Positions 14,769 through 26,129 of a DNA stretch of 64,000 bases are shown here, piece after piece. Numbering within the stretch: the stretch's first letter is position 1; the number at the start of each line of letters is the position of its first letter. This DNA comes from Magallana gigas. Its lineage: Eukaryota. A model generated the notes under the pieces. It was given only the letters and a program-made list of their open reading frames with translations. It was not told the origin of the DNA and made no database searches. A program made the position numbers and the translations under genes. Location of the stretch: assembly GCF_963853765.1 (NCBI RefSeq), contig NC_088854.1, positions 22,506,001 through 22,570,000 of the forward strand. The letters are read 5' to 3'.

Positions 14769-15352
14769 CTTGGCTATAAAATTATTTGAACTTCCAATGG
14801 AGTTTCTGTAAAATGAAAGCCCAGAATGTCTTTCCAGTATTTTTTTTTGTTTTAAGGATTCATAGATCATTGACTTTTTTTGTATGTAGTGGCGTGATTT
14901 GTAGTTCCATGAAAAGAACAAAATATGTATATAGCAAGTAGAATACCTTGTGTGTTTTACAAAATATAATTTGTGTTCTATAGTTTGTTTTAATTAAGCA
15001 GCAATTTGTATAAGGTTAATGACTGTAAAATGTCTGTGATATTCTGACTGTGATTAAAAAATTGTGATATGTATCATTTGTGAACAAGGCAATAAATTTC
15101 GTTCACAGCACAAGTATTTATTTAGCACACAACTATTGAATAACATCACATCACAAACTTCATTGTGTTTTATGTTTTAACATCACGAAGCAAAGAAATT
15201 TGTAAATGTAGCAGTTCACAGTACATAGAATAAAAACACACACATTTAAAATCACGGTGAGTTCTGTGCTACTCTGCTTTCTAGCTTTTTAAACTTAACT
15301 TTTTAAATGTTAATGTTCGTATTAAGCTTTAAAGAGATACTTATTTTTGTAG

Positions 15353-15732
15353 AAGCCGATACCATCTCGGTTGAGAGTGCTGAAGACGAGGATAACCCAT
15401 TCACATTCTACAATATTGCCAAGTTTATTCTTCTTCCAAAAATCAGTTCCAAAAAGAGTTTCGATGTTGGCGCTCTGGCGGATCCCAAACGAAACACTCT
15501 ACATGATGTATTAGAAATGAAGAAAACGAAACTAAAACAGGAAACCAAAGCCTCTGAAGATAATCCGAATAATGAAAACACTAAAAAGGACAATGATTCT
15601 AAAGAGAAGAAAGGGGAACAGTACAAGGAAGAAAATGAGAAGAAAAATCCTAAAGACAAACCGAAACTTACTAAACAAAACTCAAAGGAACCCAAACCTG
15701 GAACTACAAAACGTAGAATGTCGAAAAAATGA
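15353..15732 (+). CDS. Terminal coding exon with acidic T-I-S-V motif and K/E-rich tail
   Basis: TTTTTGTAG acceptor in phase 1 and an open frame of about 126 codons (ADTISVESAEDEDNPFTF...KPGTTKRRMSKK*). The motif is shared with exon 22665-23017 and the gene D tail. Confidence 0.6.
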
Positions 15733-17123
15733 GTTTAAAGTCTTTTTAAAGGAACAATTTTCATTATACCTATATTTTGTCAAAATATGGTTATATCACG
15801 TATGGCTGAGTGATACTCCCATCTGGCACGTCTCTGGTGCCACATAGAACTGTGTATAAAATACTGTCCTAATTATTGTCTTCTTGTTTTTGTTTACTGT
15901 TTTACAAGAAGACAAGTTGGTGCAATTGTGGAGAGGATGAACAACTGCTGGATCCGTTGAATACGATTGATTTATATGGCATGAACATATTGTGTTTATG
16001 ATTGCAATGAAAATGAAATCAAATATATGAGTCAGACGTGTTAGTATGAAACTATGTTGTTGCTTCCACGAACCCTTCCGTCCTAATTATTGACTTATAT
16101 GTTATATGTTTGTCTATTTAATAAACAGACCATTGAATTGTTTTCTTATTACTGATTTTACTTTGTAAAATAAATTAAATAAAGAGATATTCATTCAAAT
16201 AATTCTCTTATGGATTGATTTGTTTTTATACGCAAAAAAAAATCATATGTTATGATACACATGTAATCAATTTCAAGGATTGTGTTATAAGAGACGTCAA
16301 ATAATTATTAGATAACATTTAGTTTCATTTCCTTGAATTTTGTTAATGTGTCATTACTTAGTACAAATCGATATTAAATATTTATTAATTACGCTCATTG
16401 CATGTATTTATCTAATCAAAGTTACTTAGTGTTACAAGAACTATACAAATTTTTGCTGAAAGCCTATTACGTAGCTGCTGCGGTCAAACTAAGTATAGAT
16501 GTACAAGTACATGCATGTACATGTACTTGCATTTTACACATTTAAATATTTACATTAGAGTAGAAGAAAAGAAAAAAAAGGTTTTAATAAAAGACTTAAA
16601 AATGACGTCTAATAAATAAGTTTACAGTAAAAAAAATATATCGTCAAATTGTTATTTGTGTTTAATTCATCACGTTTTGTTAAGAACATGACTGTAGTAA
16701 TGTAGTTAAATCGATTGCAAGCACAAGAAAGTTAAGGGTGAATGCAATCTTTTCGCCATTTATATTTGTATTATAATTAAACAAAGAGAACAATCAACAA
16801 ACTGCAAACCGTTTACTTAATACTGATTATTTTAATCCGCTCAATGGATACCAAGGCCCGTGTTTCTTCTCCTAAGATTGACTACATAAGACCCTCCACG
16901 GATATTTTACTGTGTATTACTGTATAAGTAAAGGTACGTTTTCTTAGTTGTATGAAGAAATGAAAAAACAGTTTATACCATGTGTTAATTGAATTTGAAG
17001 TTTATGAAGCTTTTCGTTCAAATCAAAAATCGCTTGCTCTACTGATTGCCACGACTCGCATTATTTCCCACCCTGGGAAATGCCGTTGGGTGTACTTCGG
17101 GTAAGGTAGGGGTCAGAGAGACG

Positions 17124-20100
17124 ATGGGAAACTCCCACCCTAGGGACTTGAGATCAGGAGCCATCCTCTCCAACAGATCAACGGCCTACACAAACTCCAT
17201 CGGTGAGAGAATTTTGTTTAAGTACAGAATGATAATTGAGTAATGTAGTGTGTGTTTGTATCTTTATTATCGTTCGTGCATTTATTAAATAAATAGTCTT
17301 TGATATGTTAACGCTAGACTGTTAACGCTAGATGGAAACAATATTGGTATACACAACTTAAATAAAGTGGTTGTGTTAATAAAATTTAACATTAAGTTTT
17401 TAGGTGTTGATTGAATGTAAACACCGATGAATTCACACAGGATGAAGCTCTGCCATCCAGTCAACTGGATGTTGTATTAAAGGTCTGGAAAATTGACTGA
17501 ATAGCATAGCTATGCCATTCAGTCACTTTCAAGTTATCTTTCTGTTGACAGAATAACAGAATGACAGAGTGCCATCCTGTGTCATCAGCAATGCATGTGT
17601 AACGTGTTTTGGGTTCGGTGATTGAGACCAGTCTGGGGAATGTGTTTATTTAACAATCATATATGAATACCGGCATAAAACGATCACAAAAACTACGAGT
17701 CAATATATACAGATATAGTTGTAAGGATGACCTATCCTTAAGCATGCAAAACAAATAATTCACAAGTTATTTATAAGGGATGGGGCTTGATGATCTGTGG
17801 GTTATAACCCGGGGCTCTATCCGAGGCACAGGTCTCAGCCTCGAGACCTGCGAGATCTGTCCTGATAAGGCTCTATGCCTATATCACATGTACAGGGCTG
17901 TATCTCTGTAGCCGACACAAGCTGCAGCCAGGTACACTCAGTTAATAAAATACGAGTAAATATTAACGCTCTATTTAAAGATTAACCCAATACGAACACT
18001 GTGCAGTCGTATTAACGTACCTACTCCTTCGACAGCCGAACACAGAATCAGCTCTTCTCTCGAGTGTGCTCTGATATATAGTAGTGTCATCCGGACTATC
18101 CTCGCACATTACCATTAGCATCAAAGATAACACCCGTATGACATAAAAATTATCTGAACCCCAAACCCGATCATTTGTTACATAACCCACGCCTCATTGC
18201 TTCATGCGTCCTCGCATGACGAAACGATAACAGATATTTTTTTTTATTTTTTTTTTTATCTAAAAAGGATGACGTATCAAACATGAATAATGTACAGAAT
18301 GAGTGATGGATGTATAGCACCTTCTTGGGGATGAACATGAATAAGCATACATACACATGCAAATAACAAAAATGTAAAATGAAACAAAATGTTTGACAAA
18401 CACAGTACAGCTACAATGTTTATAAGTATCTACAAATCAAACAGTTCTTCACTTTCTTTGATTCTCTTAATTTTCTGCCCATTTTCATGGTATTTGGTGA
18501 TGGTGATCTCCTTCACTCTGCGATGATAGCCCTCTGTTTGAGTAGATTCATCTACCATGATCTTGGATAGGACAGGATCCAGGTTGTCAGTTTGAATCCC
18601 AAACTCCACACTTTTCTTCGACACGGTTTCTTCAACAACGCCAAGGTTGGTTCGTTTAGACGAAAACACTGGACTTGGCGCTGTTCTTTTTCGAATCACT
18701 CTTCCTGAGATGAAGTCATCCTGAGAGGTTGATGGTAAAGCTTCCATCTCTTTTTCTGCGAGTTCAGTCCGAACCTCGCCGAGTTGAACTTCGGGGTCCA
18801 CGTCCCAGTCACTGTCGTCTTCCTGATCATGACTTGTGTCCTTACAAGAAAGGTCTAAAATGCTTAATGAAAGTGACAACAGCCAAAAGCTCCTTTCTGG
18901 TGACGCAGTACTTCTTTTCTGATTTACTCAGGACTTTACTTCCATACGCCACAACCCTTTCTTGGCCATCTTGCAGTTGTGAAAGAGCAGCACCCATAGC
19001 ATACTGACTCGCATCTGTATCTAATATGAACGGCTTCGTAAAGTCTGGATGCGTGAGAATATGCGCTGATATCAATCTATCTTTGAGGAGTTGAAATGCG
19101 TCCTGGCATTCGTCAGTCCACTTGAATGGAACAGACGCCTCTGTAAGTTTATGTAAGGGTTGAGCGATTCGAGCAAAGTTAGGGATAAACTTTCTGTAAT
19201 AACTGGAAAGACCGATAAAAGAGCGCACCTGTGTCTTGTTTACTGGCTCTGGCCAATGTTTAACAATCTCTACCTTCTCAGGATCAGTCTCGATCCCCTG
19301 TTCCGAGATGATATGCCCCAAGTATTTCACCTGTCGAGCAAACAACGAACACTTCCTTGCCTTCAGCTTCAGTCCAGCCGCAAGAAGCTTTTCGAACACA
19401 AGTTCTAAATTTTGCAGCATGTCATCAAATGTCTTTCCATAAACGATTATATCATCAAGATATATAAGACAAATCTGCCATTGTAAGCCAGCCAGCACAG
19501 TCTCCATCAATCGTTCAAACGTGGCTGGGGCATTGCACAACCCGAACGGCATTACGTTGAACTCATATAGACCCTGTCGGGTGACAAATGCCGTCTTTTT
19601 CTTATCCTCTGGATCTAGCTCTACCTGCCAATACCCAGCATTCAGGTCCAAAGTACTGAACCATTTGGCGCCTCGTAGTTGATGCAGAGACTCGTCAATA
19701 CGAGGTAATGGGTAGGCATCCTTCGTTGTTATACTATTTAGACGTCTGTAATCGACACAGAACCTTGTGGATCCGTCTTTCTTCTTTACAAGCACGATTG
19801 CTGCTGACCACGGGCTCTGAGAAGGTTCTATGATACCTCTTCTTAGCATGTCAGATACGTGATTTTGTACCTCTTCTTGCATATGAAACGGCAGACGCCT
19901 GGGTGCTTGTTTAATTGGTGCATTGACACCAGTCTCTATCTTGTGTCTGACCTTGGCGGTTCGGCCTACATCTTCATCTGTCTCTGAAAATAGAGCTGCG
20001 TACTTCAAAAGAAGAGCCTTTGCTTTCATGACATCATCTTTATCTATATGACTTGTGCTGCTAATGAATAGCTCTTGCAAATGAGCCGGCAACTCTCTGT

Positions 20101-23017
20101 TCACATCCAAGTCTCTATTTCCCTCTGACACCAAAGAAAGAACCTCATCAACAGCATGTAACTTCCCAACAACAGTACCTGGGTAGATGGTCTTGCTATC
20201 ATCCGAAATATTCATGATACGGAGCGGAATAGTGTCCTGTCTACGGACAAGTGTTTTAGCCAGCATACATGAATTCTGAAACTTTTCAGAGGGTTCTATC
20301 AGTCCAGCTTTGGTTGGAAGTCCTCCATCAGAACTTGCACGTATTTGCCCTTCAACTACCAGTTCTGATCTAGGCGGTACAGTCACTCGGTGAATAATGG
20401 CCACCTTATAATAGCTCGCTGACCCCTCAAGCTGAATCGGGTGTTCGATACCAGATATTGATATCTGATGCATCCTCATGTTAATGACGGCCTCATGCCT
20501 CACTAGGAAATCTAGTCCAAGTATCCCATCTACTGTCAAGTCTGCGACAATCATTTCTTGCTGTAGGGCAATGCCATTCAATGTAAAATCTACTGGAGTT
20601 CGCCCAAGCACTCGTAGTACTGAACCAGTAGCTGATAGTACATCCCGTTCTACCTCAGTCAACGCGTGATTTGCATCCCTTTTAATGTTCTCATAACAAA
20701 TTGTGGATAGCAATGATACAGTAGCACCTGTATCAACCAATAGGTAAGCATCCATCCCATGTATGCGAGCAGTGACATAAACCCCTTTTTCATTTATAGA
20801 GTGTACTACTCTTGAATACTGATCACTAGAACATTGGTTTTTCTGGAAACTTGTATCAGTTTTGGGATTCGTTTCTCTTGTACTATTAACTTGTGTTAAT
20901 TTGTCATCAGACCCCTTATTCAATTGTGGGCAATCTTTTCTCAGATGCTTGTCGGATCCACATTTATAACATTTCCTCGTCCGGTTACTATCCCTTGCAT
21001 GTGTTTCCGGGCGAGGCATGCGTCTCTGGCTTTGAGACTGAAACTTCCATTGTTTCAAATCTCTCATATCGCGCTGTAACGACCGCATGTTTTTCTCGAC
21101 GGTCTCTATAAAATTATCGAGTTTTGAAGCTTTGGACGAGTCTTCAGTATTTTCACTCATTGTCCGGACAGCATCTGTGTGGCGATTCTCTGCCCTATAA
21201 TATGCTTCCAGCTCAACAGCTCTCTGTATTGCGTCATTCAAGTTTATGGGTCTAGCCTGCTTTATCTTAAGACGCATTTCCGAGTTATGTAGCCCATCTA
21301 AGAACTGTTCAGTAGCTAGTATTTCCCGAACATCATCGGGGGCTGTCGGGTAAGCTAAATTCACGAGTCTCCTTATGTCCTGTCCCATCTCCGGTAAACT
21401 TTCAGAAGCCTTTTGTCTCCTTTCCCTCAGCTGTGCTCTGTATAGCTCAGTTTGATTCATAGGGGCGAATCTATCTTGCAAGGCCTTCACTAATTTCCTA
21501 TAGTTCTGTCTCTCGTCTCTGGGCTGATTTCCTAACACACCTTGTGCTAGTCCCCTCAGGGATGCAGCCAAATATAGCCCTTTCTCAGTCTCTGTCCAGT
21601 CATTCAAAAGACAGACTGATTCAAAATGGGACAGATAATCATTCCATAAACCGGATCCGTCGTATGTTGCAGGTTTTACAAAGTTCCGAGATCGGACCGG
21701 TCCAGGATTCGTATTACTTGTTCTTGGGTTTGCGTTGTTCTGCACTGGCGGCCGGTCACTAGGTACAGGATCCTCATCATCACACAAGCACACATCTCCA
21801 GACACATAGCCACTCACACTATCTCTCCGTCTCACGTACGGGGTACTGGTACTCATGCCTGGTCTGGGTCTCCGGCCTCGGCCTGGAGAATTCGTAACCC
21901 GTAGAGAGTCATGTATCTCTCTACTGAGCCGATTTATTTCCCCCTCTAAATATTCTACATCGGCGTGTAAATCGCGCACGCTCATAATTAATATTATATT
22001 AACAATTTGTAGAAAACAATTGACTGATCAAAATCCCGACGCTGCCACCAATTTTGTAACGTGTTTTGGGTTCGGTGATTGAGACCAGTCTGGGGAATGT
22101 GTTTATTTAACAATCATATATGAATACCGGCATAAAACGATCACAAAAACTACGAGTCAATATATACAGATATAGTTGTAAGGATGACCTATCCTTAAGC
22201 ATGCAAAACAAATAATTCACAAGTTATTTATAAGGGATGGGGCTTGATGATCTGTGGGTTATAACCCGGGGCTCTATCCGAGGCACAGGTCTCAGCCTCG
22301 AGACCTGCGAGATCTGTCCTGATAAGGCTCTATGCCTATATCACATGTACAGGGCTGTATCTCTGCAGCCGACACAAGCTGCAGCCAGGTACACTCAGTT
22401 AATAAAATACGAGTAAATATTAACGCTCTATTTAAAGATTAACCCAATACGAACACTGTGCAGTCGTATTAACGTACCTACTCCTTCGACAGCCGAACAC
22501 AGAATCAGCTCTTCTCTCGAGTGTGCTCTGATATATAGTAGTGTCATCCGGACTATCCTCGCACATTACCATTAGCATCAAAGATAACACCCGTATGACA
22601 TAAAAATTATCTGAACCCCAAACCCGATCATTTGTTACACTATATGTAACTCTTTCTTCTACAGGTTACGAAACGGTGTCCATTTGTAGTGACAGCGACT
22701 CAGACCTTCCTTTCCGTTTTAGTTTTACGAGACTTGCTAACCTTCCACCCTTGCCCGGTGTCCATCCTTTGGACTACAAGGCCTATCTCAACACCTCTAC
22801 TATCTCTACTGTCAGCACCAAACCGTCAAAAACAGGAAGGAATCCTGGGCGCCAAACCAAGTTTCATTTACCCATGATTCCGAGCCACACTCATCAAATG
22901 AATACTGGGGGTTTGGTTACAGTGAAGGAAAAGACCAAGGAGAAAAAGTCGAACAAAAACAGTAGGAAAAAGCAAAAGGGGTCTAGAAGAAAAAGAAGAA
23001 CTTTTCAAAGACTATAA
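17124..23017 (+). CDS. Gene E candidate: two-exon 143-aa protein with basic C-terminus; its intron carries the LTR element
   Basis: Exon 17124-17202 (MGNSHPRDLRSGAILSNRSTAYTNSI, donor G|GTGAG, phase 1) joins the acceptor CTTTCTTCTACAG|22665 in frame (YETVSICSDSDSDLPFRF...KKQKGSRRKRRTFQRL*). Exon 2 could instead be an alternative last exon of gene B. Confidence 0.5.
17435..17582. repeat. Small fold-back repeat immediately left of the LTR element
   Basis: Outer arms ACACAGGATGAAGCTCTG / CAGAGTGCCATCCTGTGT and inner hairpin TGACTGAATAGCAT-AGCT-ATGCCATTCAGTCA. Confidence 0.6.
17598..18182 (-). repeat. 3' LTR
   Basis: Direct repeat of 22055-22639 with TG...CA ends. The minus-strand purine-rich tract GAGGCGTGGGTTA (18183-18195) abuts it. 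Confidence 0.97.
18430..18820 (-). pseudogene. C-terminal remnant of an accessory ORF (or pol extension) of the LTR element
   Basis: About 130 open codons between the deletion breakpoint and the 3' UTR (EDDSDWDVDPEVQ...GIQTD...ESTQTE...KEITITKYHENGQKIKRIKESEELFDL*). No integrase motifs. Confidence 0.6.
18842..21985 (-). CDS. gag-pol: Gag-Pol polyprotein (1047 aa): gag, CCHC knuckle, aspartic protease, RT, truncated RNase H
   Basis: Motifs CYKCGSDKHLRKDC, LVDTGA, MPFGLCNAPATF, YLDD and ILDTDAS...ELLAV. Ends HFRPFL* with no integrase. Confidence 0.97.
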   Translation of the reverse strand: MSVRDLHADVEYLEGEINRLSREIHDSLRVTNSPGRGRRPRPGMSTSTPYVRRRDSVSGYVSGDVCLCDDEDPVPSDRPPVQNNANPRTSNTNPGPVRSRNFVKPATYDGSGLWNDYLSHFESVCLLNDWTETEKGLYLAASLRGLAQGVLGNQPRDERQNYRKLVKALQDRFAPMNQTELYRAQLRERRQKASESLPEMGQDIRRLVNLAYPTAPDDVREILATEQFLDGLHNSEMRLKIKQARPINLNDAIQRAVELEAYYRAENRHTDAVRTMSENTEDSSKASKLDNFIETVEKNMRSLQRDMRDLKQWKFQSQSQRRMPRPETHARDSNRTRKCYKCGSDKHLRKDCPQLNKGSDDKLTQVNSTRETNPKTDTSFQKNQCSSDQYSRVVHSINEKGVYVTARIHGMDAYLLVDTGATVSLLSTICYENIKRDANHALTEVERDVLSATGSVLRVLGRTPVDFTLNGIALQQEMIVADLTVDGILGLDFLVRHEAVINMRMHQISISGIEHPIQLEGSASYYKVAIIHRVTVPPRSELVVEGQIRASSDGGLPTKAGLIEPSEKFQNSCMLAKTLVRRQDTIPLRIMNISDDSKTIYPGTVVGKLHAVDEVLSLVSEGNRDLDVNRELPAHLQELFISSTSHIDKDDVMKAKALLLKYAALFSETDEDVGRTAKVRHKIETGVNAPIKQAPRRLPFHMQEEVQNHVSDMLRRGIIEPSQSPWSAAIVLVKKKDGSTRFCVDYRRLNSITTKDAYPLPRIDESLHQLRGAKWFSTLDLNAGYWQVELDPEDKKKTAFVTRQGLYEFNVMPFGLCNAPATFERLMETVLAGLQWQICLIYLDDIIVYGKTFDDMLQNLELVFEKLLAAGLKLKARKCSLFARQVKYLGHIISEQGIETDPEKVEIVKHWPEPVNKTQVRSFIGLSSYYRKFIPNFARIAQPLHKLTEASVPFKWTDECQDAFQLLKDRLISAHILTHPDFTKPFILDTDASQYAMGAALSQLQDGQERVVAYGSKVLSKSEKKYCVTRKELLAVVTFIKHFRPFL
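22033..22050 (-). promoter_or_regulatory. Primer-binding site complementary to tRNA-Leu 3' end
   Basis: Plus strand ATCCCGACGCTGCCACCA matches the eukaryotic tRNA-Leu 3' end ATCCCACCGCTGCCACCA (recalled) at 16/18, including CCA. Confidence 0.8.
22055..22639 (-). repeat. 5' LTR
   Basis: Direct repeat of 17598-18182; followed on the minus strand by the PBS after a 4-nt spacer. Confidence 0.97.
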
Positions 23018-23533
23018 AATGACTAGTTTTATTGTGCATTTACAAAGTTGCCATTTAATCTACAATGCGCTTTTTAAATAATGTAAATCAAGATATTTTT
23101 ATATGAAGTTGTGTAAAAGACATTAAGCCGATCAGTAGTCATTGTGGTGGTTTCAACGAGATTTTACTCTAAAGCATCCGAATTTTGGAGTAAAATTGAA
23201 ATGCAACGTAGTTCAAATCTTGCGATACAGAATCTTGCCATTGAAATGAATTACAATAATTTATCAAATCTCCTTGTAACAGGAATTATAAAGGTGATAT
23301 AATTTACAAATATGTATACATTTATCGACATTTGAAATATAAATTATTTTCTATGGACATTCAAAAGAACTTTTGTTACAGTCAGTAGTAAGTTGATCAT
23401 TTCTTGTCTTTCTTTAAATAAGAAAATTGTATACTTTTTTACTAGACTATTTATAAAACTGATTGTAGATAGTTGAGTTATCCACCTTTTCGTGTTTGAG
23501 AAGACTAAATCATGTCAAAGCTCTGAAAGGAAA

Positions 23534-26086
23534 TCATGTTTGGGTGTCTAACGTTTCCGTCGACTTTGCTTCAATGTTTGTGAACGACACTGCTCGCTCT
23601 TGGGGTGGAGGTTTCTTCTCAAAGAAATCGCACATTTGTTTCCGGAAGAACTTGATAATAATGAATATAAATCCGATGATGATAATGATGCAGACCACGA
23701 TGGCAAAGTAGATAGCCCAGTTGGTTGATGCCTTCATTTTGGGACGATTTGCATGGTTTGTGTTCCTATTTGGTGGAGGGGCTGAAAAGAAATTGCCCAA
23801 TTAAATTAATTAAAAAATCAAATTAAAACTTTAATAAATTATATTCCATAGGACATCATAATGCCAATCATAGAAGTTAAATGTAAAGTTAAAAGGAAAT
23901 CTTGACAAATGAATGAGAAATTGATTTCTTTCTGTAATAATCTTTTGAAAAGCGACAGTCATTAATATGACACTCAACACAATATAATGTATCAGCAATT
24001 ACCTTGTGTGGTTGGTTGACACGTATCTGGATAAATAAATGAAAAAGGTACAATAGTTGTAGAAAGGTAGAAAATAAAATAGATCTATAGATTAACTGAT
24101 AAACAAATAACAAAAATTCTAGAATCAAATTGATAATGCTATTTTTTACATTAAGAAGTGTTAGATGTTTACTAAACGCTTTTACATGTAAAATGATATA
24201 AAAATTTCAAATAAAATGCTTAATTTCTATATATAATACCAGTAACAGCTATTCATCATCATCTCTTACCGGTGGTCAGATTGGATTTCAGAGTGAGGAA
24301 GTTGAGAGACGGGGATACGTCACTACATGTATCATTAAACAATCGAAATGTCGTCCACTCAGCATCTTGTGTTATTTCCTGTATAAATCATTAATTAAAG
24401 TTAACCATTTTACAAATACTGCGTTTAAAAACATCTTTAGGCCCGTGACAGTTACTGTCATTTAACAGTGTACTTATATCCTTTCTATCCTTTTTTTATC
24501 AAAACGAAATTATGTTGATAAAATAACGGTATCGTTTATGAATGTAATATCAAAAGAATGACGAAATAATTACCATACAAATAAACCCGTGAGTTGTTGT
24601 AGTTTGGTAAGAAACATTTTCTGTCCACGAGTAAAGATATATGACGTCACCAATTTTCCGGTGAAACAAGCAAGTCAGGGACAGGTAATCTGTAGGGAAT
24701 AAAAAATAAATAAAACTTCACAAGACGAACCTGCACAATTTACTCAACTGAATGTTACTGCAATGATTGGAAAGGTGACTGTGACAGAGTTATGTCATTC
24801 AGTCAAATTTCAGTTATAATTAAGTCATATCTAATTGACTGAATGGCAGAGATACATTGCTCGGACGGCTACTAAAATGACAAATGTCTTTGGAATTGTT
24901 CTCAAATACATAACTGAACAGTACAGACATTCGTTGCAGAACAGCTTAGTAAAAAGAAAGGGTCTTTACCTGAAATAAACGAGTTGGAATGACAAGACAG
25001 CCTTGTTGAGATCACAACCTCTGTGCTCCCTAAGCATCCGTTGATTACGTCATTTCCACAAGCGTTTTGAACCCCATTTTCTTCTACTGTTAGACTCACA
25101 AATGAGTTCCTCAGTATGCTCGGACAATTGGTCTTAACAATGGCCTCACTTGTAACTGTAATTCAAAAACACATAATTTTGCATGATCTTACTGACATAA
25201 CGAAGACGTAATGCATGTAAAGCAATTGTGATCATGTTCATACTAAATGTATATTTTCTTTTAATCATTAAAAATCATACCATACCGTTTTTAATTAAGC
25301 TATACATATTGTTCTCCGTATTTAGAGCAGTGCAGACGTCAGTCATGGTAACGTTTAATTCATTAGAATTGGCAAAGACTCGTTCTCCGACCATCGGATC
25401 TACAGGTGTCCCGATATAATATATGTAATTATTCTGTGTCACTTGAACGAAGCTCATGCAGGTATACACGCTGACTTTGATTGAAAACACGTCAATATCT
25501 TGACTGGACCTGCAAACCATAAAAAACTGATGTTATAAAATGATGAGCGCTGTACAATTCATGAATATATTTCGTACTTTGTTAATGTTTCATGTATATC
25601 ATAACCAATCACTAAGTTGAAATACGTATACAAGACACAGTCATTTATCGTCCATCTTTTTTATGGTTTTTTGTAAACAATAACATATCACTGGAAATAA
25701 TTTAAAAGTAAACGGGACAACTATTATTACTTAAACATGTAGTGAGTGCCATTGTTCTCTGAACACTGTAAGTCTATGGAGCTCGTCCCTGGGAGTGTTA
25801 CGGGGTAATTGTGAATCACTGACTCGCCCATTCTCAGAAAGCCCTTGTCGGAGCTGATCCACACGCCCCTTAGGTCCTCTGGCAACTGGCATGACGATGC
25901 AGATTGTGCTGTGATAAAATTCAATAGAATATTTCACATAAAAGTAAGCAATCGATTTTCTACACTTTTAAAGTTCTTTCTTTGATTTTCCAATATTCTG
26001 GCATTGTAATCGTATTGAGTAATAAATAGAGTTCTATATATAACACCTGAAAATGGTTTTGATATTATTTTTGTAATAAATTTCGG

Positions 26087-26129
<43 letters not shown>

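Larger units (their letters stand above)
17598..22639 (-). mobile_element. Ty3/gypsy LTR retrotransposon, 5042 bp, internally deleted (no integrase)
   Basis: 585-bp LTRs at 17598-18182 and 22055-22639 with TGTAAC...GTTACA ends and one difference seen (T17909 vs C22366). Also PBS, PPT-like tract and a single gag-pol ORF. Confidence 0.97.

Noticed and set aside
17124-17141. N-myristoylation of gene E (MGNSHP)
   Set aside because: Residue 6 is Pro, which violates the usual G-x-x-x-[STAGCN] consensus.
22033-22050. tRNA gene
   Set aside because: Only an 18-nt tRNA 3' end match including CCA next to the LTR; it is the primer-binding site, with no cloverleaf.
18729-22082. Several short plus-strand ORFs within the LTR element
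   Set aside because: Antisense to gag-pol, under 95 aa, no motifs; expected shadows of a long coding frame.
23781-23800. Apparent MGNFFS myristoylation-like start of ORF 23534-23800
   Set aside because: The TTG start lies in the intron; the exon begins at the CAG acceptor at 23781 and is the TM exon of gene C.
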